Positions 36,777 to 51,285 of a stretch of DNA of 64,000 nt are shown here, piece after piece. The number at the start of each line of letters is the position of its first letter. Within the stretch, counting starts at the first letter, position 1. Source of the stretch: Convolutriloba macropyga (lineage: Eukaryota); the NCBI RefSeq assembly GCF_964194025.1, contig NC_134470.1, positions 80,972,001 through 81,036,000 of the forward strand, in the 5' to 3' direction. Below the pieces are notes generated by a model, which was not told the origin of the DNA, did no database searches, and was given only the letters and a program-made list of their open reading frames with translations. The position numbers and the translations under genes were made by a program.

Positions 36777-37949
36777 AAACATCCTTTTAATGATTGGGCC
36801 AGACTTATTTGGCAAGGAAGAGATAGAAGTCGAGCAAATTTAGTTATTTTTAATTTACTGTCATTGAGAATCTGAATCGATTTAAGTAACAATTTCCAGC
36901 ACCAGCAAAAGCAGCCCAAAAATTCGTCATAAAAGCCTCAATTTTCTGTTAAAAATCTAGGACAATTTCAGGCGCTTATACAAGATCCGCCCTTTGTTCA
37001 GTAAAGTTCAGTCATCAAAAGAGCCAAAACCTGACCAGATCCAAAAAGAGCCGAAAACAGTAAAATACATTTAATTACCCTAAATTGTAAATTAACTAAT
37101 ACACAGAACAGTTGCTTCGTTAAATTGATCTCATGTTGGGCTGTAATAGTTCCATATAAAGTCCCAGGAGCCCTATGAGGCATGACCGTGGCCCTCAATA
37201 TTTACAGTAAATAAAATCATTTCCCGCTTCAGATTTTTTGGCTAGTAAATGATAAACTTCATTTCTAAAAATTGGTCGATAACTTTCTGGTCTCATTTCA
37301 TGAGTTAAAATCAATTGGCTCAGCAAATTAATCACTTATTATTATTATTAAATTTTCAATTCTTTGTAACGTCGGTTTTTTAATTTCGGACATTTATGAA
37401 GTCACCATTCAGTATATTAAAGTTACACCTATGTGATTACTATTTATTCTCTTTCAGTAATCAAATTGGGTACTAATTATATGAGATTAGTAGAAGCAGG
37501 CCTCAATTTTGTCTTACAAATAGACGGAAAAGCAGCAAACAGAAATGAATAGTGATATCAATTTTAGATAAGAAAAATTTACTTGCAATTCAAAAAAGTC
37601 TTCAAAATCAATAGCTTCTAAATTAAACACTAAAATAGCATTGCCGATACAGGGTAAACCTGTATCACAAAAACAGATATCAAAAAAACAAAAACGTGGA
37701 GACTTACAGTTTGTGTGAAGATATTAGCTCGGGCATAATAGAATTCAAAATTATGCCCTTATTTTAAGGTCATTTTCTCTGATGACTTACATACCTTCCA
37801 GTTCAGGATAAGAATTTTAAAACTGAGAAAAGTAATTTATGATAACGCAACTAAACTGGGATAAGTCACAAGTGATTAAGCAATAGAGCATAGAAATCCG
37901 TCCAAAGAGTGCAACAACTAAAGTTGCCCACTAAATGTAACTGAAACCA

Positions 37950-38621
37950 TTTCTAAAAACCATTTCTATAAAGAACAGATAAAAAATAGACAAAAACAGA
38001 AAAATCAATGTCAAAATGCCGCATGTGACCAAAAAACCACTTGCGAGAAATGAAAATTTGGTTTAAACAAAAAACTAGGCCTAGAATGAACTATGAATGC
38101 ATTGGGAAAACCATTCAGAAAAAGATCTGCTCCAAAAAATTGAAAAAACAGTAAAATCAGAGTGAAATTGCCGTATGTGAACAAAAAACAATAGCGAGAA
38201 ATGAAAATTTGGGTTAAACAAAAAACTAGGCCTAGAATGAACTATGAATGCATTGGGAAAACAATTCAGAAAAAGATCTGATCCAAAAAAAAAGAAAAAA
38301 AACAGTAAAATCAGAGTAAAATTGCCGTATGTGAACAAAAAAACCCCTAGTTCAAAAGCAAATTTTTGTTCTAACACAGTTTTCTCACTCTACTTTAAAA
38401 TTAGAGCGAAAAAATTTCACACCGCAAAACCAGTCACTTTTTGGCTTCACTTGCTGTTTCGGCGTGACCAAAATCACTACTCCAATTTGACTTCAAAAAT
38501 CATGAAAATGTTTGCACAGATCTTAAAAAAAGACAGCGCCCCAATACAATTCAAATTCTTTGACCTGTAAAAAACCAAGAGAAGGCCAATAATAGCCCCA
38601 GCTATCGCTGTGCGGCTATTA
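37950..38621 (-). mobile_element. HINE F/D copy with about 150-bp internal tandem repeats
   Basis: AAAAACTAGGCCTAGAATGAACTATGAATGCATTGGGAAAAC occurs at 38071 and 38221. Ends with GCGGCTATT. Confidence 0.7.
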
Positions 38622-39475
38622 AACAAAAATTGAGCAAATTGAAATTGAACGAGGATATAAGTAAGCAACAAAAAATTTGAGAATAAAAAATAGGCAAGAT
38701 ACTAAACAAAACTCATCTTCATTTATCCTAGGCAAGTTAGACAAAAATCTGTTTTGGCTATAACACAGCACAGAATATGCTGCTATCTACATTTGATAAT
38801 GATGTCCTCAGCATCAATACAACGAGCAAAACCTTTACGCAACTATGGAAACAGGAACGATTTTTGAATCCAAAGCAGAGAAAAAAACTAGGAACATTAA
38901 ATGTTACTTTTAAGCTCATTACTATAAAGAAAAACTTTGGTAGAAACCTCTGTTCAAGCAACGCATGGAAAATTGTTTAACTGTGTTTATTACTAATTAA
39001 ATATCTAGCAAAAAAACTGCTAAATTCTCAAAAATCAAAAAATGTCACTTTGAATCCTGTATTTATGCCTTTAGATGTTTTGGGGCACCAAGTACGAATA
39101 AGTAAAACTACCAAAAGTTCAATTGGTTAATCCCGTTTTTTTAAACAAAAACTTGAATTGCGTGCTTAAAAATTCTGAATCGCAAGCAATAATAACAGGC
39201 GTCATATAATGACAAAGCTTTGAGAGACCACATTCATCTATTAGAAAACTTTAAAAACGAATTTGCTACTTGCTGGAGTCCTCAAAATTTTCCATTGAAA
39301 ACGTAAAAAAGTCGGAGATGCTAAATCTACGCATTGATTGATTTATTGCGTTCATCAAAACCACAGTTTGAAATATGAACTTAAATTAATATACAAACAA
39401 CAGATTCACAAAATTAACAATTATTCTAAAACAATCAAAGCAATCACAAATATTAGAAGACATCATAATTAGAAA

Positions 39476-41369
39476 TCAAATAGTTAGGTTAGGCAACCCA
39501 TACACAACTGGCGCGTACCCCGTGCAAACGGGCAATTTTACAGCTCTCTTTAATTGCTTCAATGTCATAGACAACGTCATAGTTTCATGACTTTGCAAAT
39601 CTGAAAAATTCTCTTTTCTGTCTGACTCAAGATCCTTGTCATCTGCAGCAGTGTTCAGTTTGAATAATCGTCTGAGCAAAGCTACTGTAAATGAGTCAAT
39701 TTCTTTGTCTGAGACGTCCCATAAGTTTGCCACCACAGCGGGCGCCCCAGTGAGCAAGAAGTCGAAAGGGATGTTAGTCGGGTCTAAATTGTCACTCAAA
39801 CTATTTAACGAACCGCTTCCACAGCCAATAAGCAAAGCCACACAATTCAGCTTTGGCCTTTTGCCTCTCAGAACCGAAGATGGGTAAAACTTGGATCCAG
39901 CGCCATGTCCGCAATACAAATAAACGTCACAAGTTTCAAGTATAGTCTGCATTTGTTCGATCGAGGGTTCATCTCCCATTAACCCGTCAACTTTTAGATT
40001 GTTATCTGCCGTTTTAAGCTCCGTATTTTCAATTTTAGCTTTCAGATCTCGAAAAAATGTCTCAAAAGTAAGCTGTGTTGACAGCAAGTCTCCGCTCGGA
40101 TTTACCAGGTAGAAAAAAGATTGCATTTTTATTGACGTTTTCGCAGCTCGAAAGTTGCTTGAAAGTGAAAGTGATTTCAAATGGTGGAAGAAAAATTCCT
40201 CTGAAGGGTACCGACCTACTGACGTCATTGCAAAGCAGTCTAATCGTTCCCAAGGAACACTGTTAAACTGACCTTCAACAATCAGCACAATATTCTCAAC
40301 ATTTGAGTATCGTTCCTCTATTGCTTTCTCCAATGACTGCAGTTCTTGGTTCATTTTCGCAATAAGCTGTTTCAAGTTTTGTTCTGCTTCATAGCGTTTC
40401 CCCCAGTATACTTTTCTGTTAGCGCTAGGGTCAACATTTTTGTTTTCTTTCAATCCCGAGATAAACTCACAAATCAAATATTTCAAATGGCTGAACTGTA
40501 ACTGGACGCTATCATTAGTTCCCGTATTTATACTAATACTGACAGAATTACTATTAATTCCATCTTCAACTATATGCACAATCGCCCAATTTTCTGGAAT
40601 CAGTTTGTTTTTCTCCGATTTCAGTCTTTGCTCTAAGTGGATACTGGGCTGTGCAAATATTCGTTTCAATAACTCTATATGTTTCTGATCAGTTTCAGTC
40701 GTGAAGAACAAACAAACGTTAAAAGCTGTCGGATTAACTCCAGCTGCTTCCATTTTCGCTGAACAACTTGCCGTTTTTTGCTGAAGCACTAATGCATTTT
40801 TCAGTTCTCGAATAAGACGGAAATTTCTGCTGCGCAAAATAACATTCTGTAGTTCATGAAACCAGGACTCCAAAGGCGAGCAGATCTCAATTTCTGAAGA
40901 TATCAGTCTTGAGCAATAATGACTGTTTCTATTTTGCACTCTAGTAACGCAGTTTTCTTTATCGTCAAGCGTAGATGATAGTTCAGACCCCATGCCTGCA
41001 GGTGTAATTTTGACTGCATTCACTTTGTTAACTTTTCCAGTCTTAGCAGTCGATTGAACCGTTTTCTTTTTTGACCGTGATGCACTGTTTTTAACAGGAG
41101 CAGTTGTTTCTGTTGATGTTGTTGTTGCTTCCTTCTTGTTTTCACTAGTTTTTCTGTTCCGGCTACCGGGTACAGACAATTTCTTAGATTCAGTGCTCTC
41201 TTTTGTTGGTTTTCTGGTCGCGGCCTTATTGTCTGTTGTTCTCTTCGTTCCTCTGCTAGATGTACAGGCAGTTTTTGCTTCTTTCCTCGGGCTGCCTTTA
41301 TCAGATTCTTTTCTGCTATCAACTGCCAAGTTTTCAAGCGCATCTATCAAATTCTGCTCTTCAGAGTTC
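39476..41369 (-). CDS. ESPL1: Separase (peptidase C50), exon 2 with catalytic domain
   Basis: YWGKR, VPWE, YLVNPSGDL, YLYCGHGAG (catalytic His), LIGCGSG (catalytic Cys), VANLWDVSDKEID, APVVYGLP. Acceptor TTTTTCCAG, phase 2. Confidence 0.95.
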
Positions 41370-42819
41370 CTGGAAAAACAAAACGATAAAACCAAATAAA
41401 TGCACTGTACAGTAATAAAAACTCAAGCCAAATCTTAACTAAGCAAAAAGCAGATCGGGCAAATTATTAAATGAAACTCGAGAAATTTTGAACTTCTGAT
41501 AATTTGAAATTGATGTATATCTGCTTTCAGTTGCAAGGCACAATTTTGTGAACTTTACTTCCCAGTTAATTACTTCAACTCCATCTTTACTTGCTTTTTG
41601 CTTAATCTTGAAGGCGGTAAAAAACAACAGTTTCACAAATTTAGAGACATCGGACAATAGCGTTTAATTTGTAGAGATTTCTGGTGGTAAGGTATTCAAA
41701 AGAATTCTATCAAAATTGCAAGAACACGAAAACAGATAATTTACATAAATCATGCATAACATAAGAGAGAAGCAGAGGCAAAAACAAGACAAATTCAAAA
41801 TTGAAAAAAATTAGCAACAGTTCTAAAATTTGTGAAAAAGTTCTTGGAGGTAGTAATGTCTTGAAAATCAAAATTATGTTGTTAGGCTCTACTTAGGAAT
41901 ACAGTTTCAAGATCATTAACTTGACAAAAGCTAAAAAAGCTGCCCACAATCCTTGATGTTAACGGTTTTAAAACCACTTTCGTGCTTCATAATCTACCCT
42001 ATAACCGATCTAAATACTTTGAACGCCTGTCGCAAAGTTTTATTGAGGCTTAAACGCAAAACAAAACTAGGAACAATTTTACTACCATAATTTTTATATT
42101 GGCAATTTTTGTTTATATCGCCATTACCAAAGCAATCTCAAAGAAGAGATATGAAAAAAATATGTTAGTTGCAAAACCCCTCCATAAACTGTCGCCAACG
42201 TCGATTGAAGAAACATTTTCTCAAACACTCAAGAAAAGCGTGAAAACTACTAGTGTCGGCTCAAAAAGTTATATTCACACTGAATTTGGGCTTTACCAGA
42301 AACTACAGCACAATTAGCCAAAAAAGACTACTAAACCTAAATCAGGTACTGTATGTAACGCGAATCTCAGAGTTTAAAGGACTTGACCAATTTTTTTTAG
42401 CTTCAAAATCGCAAAGTTATCGATCACTTTTTAGAAAAAAAACATTGCAGGACAAGACGCAGTAAAAATCAAGAATTGAATGAAGAACTTGAAAAGCCTT
42501 AACCTAACAGGCAGCTCAGATAAAGATAGCAATACAAGCATTTAATATAAGTACGCTTTTGGGTGTAAAGGTAACGGCCGCCACTTGAGCGCAGCTGTTG
42601 ACACTTGCGAGAGAAAGTTTCGATCAGGCAAAACGCTGAAGTTAAGAGCGTAAAAGTCACACGAACAGCCAAAACGTTCAAGCAAAATTTTGCATAAAAC
42701 ACATGGCCTGTAGAAACGACTCGAAAAGTGGTGCAATAGAATCTCTTAACTACCCCCTATTTAAGAAAACTCAAAAGAAAATAAAACAATATATAGAAAC
42801 AACCAATTTTTAATTAGGA

Positions 42820-43140
42820 ATGAGGGCACTTGGGTGACGTACTTAAGTGTACGGGGGTAGGTAAAAGTTGGGGTAAGTAGTTGACGGGGGTTAAGTTGCA
42901 GTGGTGGGGGGGGGAAGGTTGTTAAGGCAGTCGGTGGAGTGTAGGCAGGGGGTAGGCAGTTTTCCAGGGATAGGTGTGGACCGGTTGGTGCGGGCAGGCA
43001 ATTGGTGCGAGTAGGTTGGGGGTATGTATGGGGTCTAGGTATAGGAGGGTAGCTAGATGGTGGTGGTGGGGGGCAAGCGGGGGGTTTTGCATTTGATAGG
43101 TAAGTGGTTGTTTTGTAGCTTAGATAGGTAGGAGGGAAAT
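42820..43140. repeat. G/T-rich low-complexity tract (GGTA/GGGT-like units) in separase intron
   Basis: Dense G-runs on the plus strand, which produce the spurious Pro-rich ORF 42761-43219. Confidence 0.6.
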
Positions 43141-43217
43141 ATGGGATCAAATGTTTTAACAACGAAAATTTCACCTTCAATATTACCAGCAGCATGGGTA
43201 CTTGCAATAACTGAAAC

Positions 43218-43591
43218 AACGGACTAACGTCGGAAGAGTTTCTCTCGATCGACTAGTGGGGCTCTAATATGTTGCAGCCTGCTTCAGTCAGGGGGACTAC
43301 CTGAATTCACTACGGAGGGCTTGAATTGACGTCTAGAGTTTATTATATAACACTATAACCACTAATAAAGCTGAAAGTGGAAAAATTAAACCAATTTCGG
43401 CGCACTGTTCTGTTGACTAAGAAGCCAACTGCTGCGAAATTAGTTCAACTGCTTCAAGTTTTGAATGAGAGGGAAATTTAGATCACGCAAGGTGCAGGAA
43501 GTCAAGGGCCCAAAAGTTAAAAGGTGAAAACGGTCAAGCAAAAGTTTTTGCATAAAAGATCAATTGCTTCAAACTTCGGTCGAGAGCAATT
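43218..43591 (-). mobile_element. HINE with B/C-type termini, diverged
   Basis: Starts GGACTAACGTCGG and ends AATTGCTTCAAACTTCGGTCGAGAGCAATT. Confidence 0.55.
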
Positions 43592-43761
43592 ACGATGACA
43601 AAGAGGGCAATTAATTTTTTGAAAATAATTCATTTTTTTAGTCTACAAATCAAATAACCTGCAGCTTAGAAGAAACATGGCTGGACGAAACAAACAAACA
43701 AAGAGAAAAATGAGTTCAATTACATAAAAATTTTTAAAAGTATAGAAAGTAAGAGTAAAGC

Positions 43762-44244
43762 AACCGATCGGGCGAATTGCAATAAAACTACTGGCGAGCG
43801 GTTCGTCAACAGCTAGCTTTGTCTTAGTTAGGCTAGCTTTAGCTTAATATGGGTAGGGGATGAGTGGCGTGGGAGAGGGGGCGAGCAAGCGGGGTTACGG
43901 GTGGAATGTATAGATGCGGGGGAAGTGTTGGGTGAGCGGGGGGGAGCGGGGAGGGAGGAGTAAATAAGTTGAGTCAAACTCTAAGAACCGCTCTTCAAAC
44001 TATGAAAATATTTCTCAGTTTTAATGAATCGAATACTAACGAGTCGAGACTAGTGAGCCGTAATACTCTAAGAGAGTTTTATGCTCTCAGGGCTGATTTG
44101 TTTACTCCGTTTTTGAGAGAAAGCCAATTAAAAAACTAAAAAATTCAAATAGACATAAAAAGAACGAAAAGCAGATATAGGAAACATATTGAACGAGACC
44201 AGCATGACTAATACAATTGCTAAGAACTTTGTTTGCGAGCAATT
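43762..44244 (-). mobile_element. HINE family B
   Basis: GGGCGAATTGC start, G-rich cassette, CTCTAAGAACCGC body, GCGAGCAATT end. Confidence 0.6.
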
Positions 44245-44540
44245 AATTACTTGAAAAGCCTCTATGAACTGTAACCAACGTCAACCGAAACACATAAATT
44301 TATCGAAAAACATAAATTTATCGAAACGGCAGCAAAATTGCACCTACCAGCAAAGCAACTTAATTACATTAAGCACTTTTAGAAAACTCTTAAAGCCAAC
44401 TTAGTGACTAAGTTAACATAATGCCCAAGGGCTTTACCTATTTATCCCGTCTTGAAAGCTCCAAACTTGTCGAACACATGTGTGCACTTGCGGTATTTCC
44501 TGTTCCAAATTTATTACAAAACTTCAATGAAACATAAAAA

Positions 44541-44931
44541 GACAAACGACGGTTGAATTGCTCTCGAACGGCGAGTGAGGCAATTTAATTCACAGGGGTG
44601 TGGCTTAGAAAATTTACGGTTGCAGAAGTCCTCACCCCCAAAGGGTTCAAACACGCACCTCCGGGATAACAATCTGACATATCAACCACTAACCTATATC
44701 GTCTTTCAATCTTCAGCGCTAAAAATTTTCTTTTATGTTACCAACAGACTTTCTTCGGAATCAGACCAATTGAAGTCAATTAGAATGAAGAAGTGAAGCG
44801 GTGAAAAATGCACTCACGAAGTCATAGAATGTTCAAGAAGAAAAGTGCAAAACCGGCCCAGCACAGATTTTTGTGTTAAGAAGACACAAACGTTTGCAAT
44901 AACTGTCTCAAGTTTCGTTTGAGAGCAGTTA
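44541..44931 (-). mobile_element. HINE family C, followed by a partial tandem duplication of its end (to about 45210)
   Basis: AATTGCTCTCGAACG start, tRNA-like cassette at about 44635-44700, GTTTGAGAGCAGTT end. Confidence 0.6.
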
Positions 44932-45346
44932 AAAAAGAGACTCCTACGTTCGAACTACTAAAAAATATCAAAGCCATCCAAATTCTTTGGACTGACAAAA
45001 ATCACAATGATTAACGGTCAAACAAAAATTCGTGTCAAGAAGACAGACACGTTTACAATAATTGCTTCAAACTTCATTCGAGAGTAATTAAAAAACACAC
45101 CCCTTCACTCGAGCTATTAAAAACAGAACAAAACAGCCCAAATTCTTTGGATTGTCAAAAAATCTCAATGATACTATTAACAGCCTCGCTATAACTTCGC
45201 GGCTATAAATAAGGGCATCTTTAGAAATCACATGCTTCCTCATTCGCCTAGTTAACCTCAGAACATTAACTTAGGGGAAATACCTCAGAAAAAATAACTA
45301 CGCTACCAATTCGAATAAAACGTCATAGAATTGAATTTCACCGTAC

Positions 45347-48300
45347 CTTGGAACTTCACTGCAGGTGGATGACTCTTTAGTTTTCAATCTTACATTGCTG
45401 TTATCCTTTGTCTGCTGCTGCAATAAGCCCTCAAGTGTAGCTTGTGCTGCAAGCGATGTACTGGCAAAGCTGATACGGGTAAATTTTTGAATGCTTGGAA
45501 TCGTTCCATTAAAATGATAACGCGACACAAAAGACATATGTAATGACAAAGTATGACAGTCACTTTTCTGATTCTCATTGCCAGTCGAAATACAACGGGT
45601 TCTGTTTTTGGCACCGCTCTTTGCTGTGCTTTTTGCCACATCCTTAGATCCCTCCGACGCACGATCCGAAATGTCATCATATTCCGACATCAAGTCTTCA
45701 ATTTGTTTGCAATGGCGCTTTAGCTTTGAATTTAAGATGTCCAGAAGCTTTCCTTGGTTTATTGCCGCAATTTCGGTTTCTTTCTTACCGCAGTAACTTC
45801 CAGGCAAAGTATTTATCATCGATACGAGCAATGCTATATTGTCAAACTTTGCTATGTCACCACAATTATCAGCACATAAGCATTCGATACTGTGCGCTCT
45901 AAATTGGGCAACCAACTTTGAAAGAGGAATTTGAGGAATATTATCACTGAGGCCTTGCTGTGCCTGGATCTTTTTGGAATCGCTAACCTCCGTGCTCGAA
46001 TCGATCCGATCACGTGCTTCAAATAACACTCGAGCCTCCGGTTCCAAATAGACATTTGCGCATTTAACAAGGCTTTCGTAGCATCTATCAAACAAGTGGA
46101 CGTATGCATAGGAGTAAGCGGATTCTATAAAAGATTTCGCTTCGAATATTTGTTTAAGAATGCGAGAATGTGATTGGCCAATGTAGTTTCCCTCGGAAAT
46201 GAAAGAATCATAGGACTTACTTACATCCACCAATCCTATCGCTTTGACCATATGGCTTAGTTGAGTGTAATTCTGATATGAAAACGGCGCCACCAATAAA
46301 CCACATAGAGGCTGTTTCAATTGCACGTTCAGGAACAGAGGCAAAATTGGTTTATAGTTTTCAACTTCAGGACAGAAATTTATTGATTTCCTGCAAAGGC
46401 TCTTCCAGTATCGAAAAACCTCCACTTTCCATTTGGCGAAAAACGCATAGAAAGGTTTTCTGGTTCGGAACGCATCAACTGACAATGACTCACTGATATT
46501 GGACAAATCAGTCGACGAAAGTTCCGACTCAGACAACAGATCCACCAAAAAGTCGATTGCAAGCGCAGAAGAGAAAACTGACCACGGTTTCAGCGAATCC
46601 GTATCTATTAGACTGAGAGTATCTTTAATAATGGCAGCTAATTCTCTCCGCTTCATACAAGCGTCTAATTTCAAACGCAAAAACTCTTTTCCGAAGAAAC
46701 TTTTCAGCAAGTGTTGCTCGTTTTCTGGAAGCAGACTTATGGTCTTCAGCAGAAGTTGTTCTAGTTTCATACAGATAGAAAGACTACCGCAGCTAAACGC
46801 TGTATTAAACCCATAGAACACTGAAATCGAACAAACAACAGACCACTTTTCTGCGTCTGATGGCAATGATGATGATGATGATACAATCACTCTCTTCAGA
46901 GCAGAATACGATTGAGAAGAAACGAATGTCCAGACGTACAATGCTTGCATTTTCAGACCGTAGAATTCGAGGACTGATGCAACGTGCATCATCATTATTC
47001 CAAGTTCAACATCAAATGTTTCTCGGCTTTTCTTTCTCTGTAAGCTATTTGTTAGCATTGATATAATTTGTTCCAAGTGGTCGGCAAAAGGACACTTCAA
47101 TGACTCCTGCTTCCAGTCTTGTCTATCCCAATTGTCAATCAAGAAGTCTGTTATAATTCGCATGCCTGTCACGCGGAAAGCACAATTACATGTTTCCACT
47201 TTGCAGGAACTTGACACGGAAGCCATATTGCAGACAATTTGGATTTGTTTAACATCGTCGCCATTACCGATTGAACCCAGATGAGCGTTTAGGATTCTTG
47301 TCAACAGTTGAGTTTCGTCACACGGTGTGAAAATATCTATTTTCACAAAAGCGTGGATGTCTTTGACTGGTTGCGATTCAAGCAAGAACTGCAGGTTTCT
47401 AGATACCACAATCAAGTCAATTGAATTCCCGATTGAATTTAAAAAGAACGATTTTAGTGCTTTACATCGTGTCAGATCTTCATTCGTTGAGGATTCAGTC
47501 ATGAAATCAGTCCATGAATCGTCTAAATCATTGATTAATGACAATTTATAATCAGTGTATCTTTGTAATGCTTGCCAACATTTCATGTAGTCTTTCATCA
47601 CTTCATCGTTGTTCATTAAAAGCTCGATAGGCGTTCGTCTCGTCAGCAAATTCATAAATTGACTTTTGTAAAATTGACAATCTTCCGAACAAGAGATGAG
47701 ACCACATTTCGACGCCCAATACGCAATTGAGCTAATGGTACGAACTTGATTCAAACATTTATCTGTGTCAATTCCTGCTCTCTTGCTGTCTTCATCATTT
47801 GCAAAAACAAGACGAGATAATTGGCAAAAAATTGCTTTCAATTTAATAATATCGAAGCCTTTTTTCTCCAAATTTGCACTGGATAGAAATTTGAGCTGCG
47901 AAATCGCAAAGCGTGCCAAGTTTGCTGTCAGCTTTGACCCAAGATCTTCATCATCACTATTTGTTCGTATCAAAGCGCGCTTCATTCGCTCAATTTTCCC
48001 ATCGAGAAACTTTTCATCCTCCGAATTTGTAATTTGCAACAAGAAATTGAAGTCATTCTGCAAGAATGTGATCGTATTATTGTAACAGTCAATTGCAAAG
48101 TTTCGACAAACCCGATTTAGTTCTTCACTTTTCGACGTTTTATTGGATAACAAATTACAAAACACAGAAACAAAATCAACTATGTTTTCAAAGTCACCTT
48201 TCGATAAATCAGTTCTTCGTTGCATAAGCCTATTTTTGATATAATTCTTGAAATGACTCATAAATGTAAACAATTCCAAGTCAGCCACTGATTTGTTTGC

Positions 48301-48990
48301 CCACTGGTGTTCGAGTTTTAACATCTTTTCCAGACTGCTACTTTCATCTTTTTTGAGGCTAAGATAAGTTCCATAAAAGGCAAAATCACCCAAACACATC
48401 TTTGATTCTAATTTGCTCACAATGGGATGTGAATCGCACATTTTCACACAGCAATCGGTAGTTGATTTTAGTACGATGCAGACACAACACAGAATAGTTT
48501 CTATAAAGGGTCCGTGTTGTTGAAAATTCCTGTCAGAATCAAGTAAATTAAGACAAAAATCCAGAAACTCCTTCTTTGGACATAAAATTGGGGCACAAAT
48601 TTCAACCCTTCTTGCCATCAAGGCACTCCAAAACATGATCGACTTTACAGACGCTATGTGAGTAAATAACAAGTTAAGTTTCGGGATCACAAAAGACAAA
48701 CGGTATAGTTCTGCAGTGAGATTATCAGCTTTAGTTGCGTTACATTTGGCTAATTCGAATACAATTTTGTCACAGCAGTAGCTTCCCAGTTTTCCAACTG
48801 AAGCATCAACTACCAGCTCCAAGTTGATGTCAATTTGCTTGAAAAAAATCTCGAAAAGATCAGCAACTTCGTTAGCATAGTCACGATTTGACAAGAGATT
48901 AGTTTCTCGACCATTGTTGAACAAACAAACTATACTTTTCCCAGCCGAAACTGTTGATGATTTATTAGATTTTTCGCTGACACCAACCAT
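45347..48990 (-). CDS. ESPL1: Separase exon 1 (N-terminal helical region); joined CDS about 1845 aa
   Basis: 3.6-kb uninterrupted ORF. Donor AG|GTACGG at 45346 joins exon 2 in frame (EVPR|NSEE). The identity is inferred from the in-frame junction and expected separase size; the sequence itself is divergent. Confidence 0.8.
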
Positions 48991-48995
48991 TTGTC

Positions 48996-49001
48996 CTGAA
49001 A
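48996..49001 (-). promoter_or_regulatory. TTTCAG acceptor 5 nt upstream of separase ATG
   Basis: Minus strand reads CCATTTTCAG|GACAA ATG. Confidence 0.5.
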
Positions 49002-49059
49002 ATGGGTACGATGTTAGTAACTAAAATAGTATCTCAATAGCACTTCTATCTTATAACAA

Positions 49060-49240
49060 AGTAGGTATCTGATTAATTCACACGCCCATGATTGAGAGTT
49101 CGATCCTCTGCCTCCGTGAAGCTGTCTGTGTGAGGATGAGCTCTTACTTAACCATAGATTCAGGTTGACCATAGCTTGACCAATGTTGCCTGCAATGGTG
49201 GTACCACGTGAAAGTTTCAGACGCAAAAAAGTGGACATAG
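49060..49240 (+). repeat. Possible degenerate SINE
   Basis: B-box-like GAGTTCGATCC followed by a SINE-like body. Only one copy in the window. Confidence 0.25.
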
Positions 49241-50364
49241 TCTTCAAAAAAAATCAATGCTGCTCATAAAAAGAACAGTCAGAAATGTGGGGAATAATAA
49301 GAAAAAAAGGGCAGCTGAGAACAGGCCGCTGTGGCCTAATGCTATTCCGCTGCGATTACGCAGGAACCAAAATTATTATTATTATAATTATTAAAAATGC
49401 ATATTATAAAGTGGTGTTTCTACTTGAAACTTTTATTTTCTCTCGCGTATCTTGGCTAGTAAATGCTGGTTCAAAGCATTTTTATTCGAATGACATGTTT
49501 CGACACTTTCTAATGACTTCAAAAAATGTCAGTGCGAAGAAGGTAGATTCAAGGGGTTGTCCAACAGAAATGCAACGTCAAAATTATTATTGTTGCATTT
49601 ATCCATCCAATCAGAGGTCTGAAATTTATCACATTACGCCTAAAACGCATCAAAACGCTTTATTATGCCATTTGACATATTTATGATTTCCTGTCACAAT
49701 GTCTTTTAGTTATTGAACCAAAGCCGGTATAAAACCGGGAAAAGACTGACAGCTTATGCAGTCTGAAAACATCAATAATAATAATAATAACAGGAAATGA
49801 TTCAACTTTTGGGGTCTTTTGGGGTCAATGCTTCCTTCTGTTCACCAGTGAGACCTTCTTTGCGAGAAAACCATTGACCATCAAAGAAACTGAGGCAACA
49901 TCAATTGAGTGCTACTTAAGTCATTTACAGTAAGGAAAGTCGTTCATGATGGAAGCAACAATTATAAAATTCAGCAAAACTCTGCTAATGCGTACAGCGA
50001 ACAACTGCAGTTGAAGAGCGCAATGAACAGATGAACAACAATTGATGATTTGAAAATTGGGTAGTGAAAAAATTTGAACGAAAAAGGAGCGACTGACGGA
50101 AGACTGCACAAAAACTACAATTACGCTGATGATGTAACTTTAAAACTGATGATATAAATTTAACAACATCGCACCCACAAAAAGAAAAATTGCACTACAT
50201 AATAACTGCCCGCCTAAATATTTTACAGAATGGCTTGAATAAAGAAAACTGAAGTTAACAAATGAAAAGTCAAGTGCAATTGTGCTCACACTTGAAGCAA
50301 GGTGGACAAATTTGACCCACCCCTCACTATCATCAATTCACCAATACCAATAAACTCCAAAGTC

Positions 50365-51285
50365 AAAGTACCTGGTGTCACCTTTCCTAGAAAGCTCAGT
50401 TTTGAAGAACATGTAAAGAGCACCAAAGAAAAAACACAAAAGCACAGACACATACTGAAAACATATTGCTCTTAGCAACTCGGGTTGTACAAAAGAAACA
50501 CTCTCAGGGTCCTCGAAAGCTATCAGTCGGAGCGTCCTGAACTACGGTGCTGCCAATTGGGCTTCCTAAATCATCAATACAAACTGAAGCACCTGTAAAC
50601 ACAGAACATTGCTATTTGCCACTACTGGTTGTGCAAAACGGTGATATCAATGACTAACACAATGAGGGTGAAATGCTTCCCGCTGAAGCTCACAGCGAAA
50701 GGTAAACGCAGCAATGTCTGGCCGAGAGTTATCGGAGCCCCCATGCGGACAACAAAACAACCACTACAACCAGTTTTTGTCCCATCAGAACGACACTAAA
50801 TTATATTCATAGGTAATGAGTGAAACAACCCAACAACAAAAAGAGCAAATAAATCCAACAAAAACAAAATTGCACAAAAAAGCATTCACAGACACACGGT
50901 CCATACTTAGCTGAAAAAAGACAGCAAACAACTAGTCAAACCTCCTTCAAAGACAGCAGAGGAAGAAAAAAGGCAGCCACGAATTACACGTATCCGATTG
51001 GCACAACTGAGAACTGGATGTAGGATTTGTAGCAATGTTGATATTTGCTGTCGCAAATGTGAAGTCGCATGACGAAAATCACATTTCCAACTGCAGTTAG
51101 ACCAACACGGACCTAAAGGTGGCTGACTTGTGGGGAAGACCAGTAGAGGTAGCTAACTGGATAGACTTCATGCCATCAGTTGAACACAACCAAACACCAG
51201 AAAAATCCGCCGTCCTGGCCCCTTACCCCGGGACCCTATTTCAGCAGCAATGGCGTAGATGAAGAAAGGTCGCCGCACCACACGC
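50365..51285 (+). mobile_element. Decayed non-LTR retrotransposon 3' fragment (RT thumb to C-terminal Cys/His region; I-group-like)
   Basis: Broken translations GVTF.RKLSFEEHV, RSVLNYGAANW, HNEGEMLP, PRITRIRLAQLRTG, then a Cys/His remnant. Confidence 0.7.

Noticed and set aside
35333-38570. Recurring small Lys-rich ORFs (32340, 35333, 38244) suggesting a gene family
   Set aside because: All derive from copies of non-coding HINE family F, and the frames are not preserved between copies.
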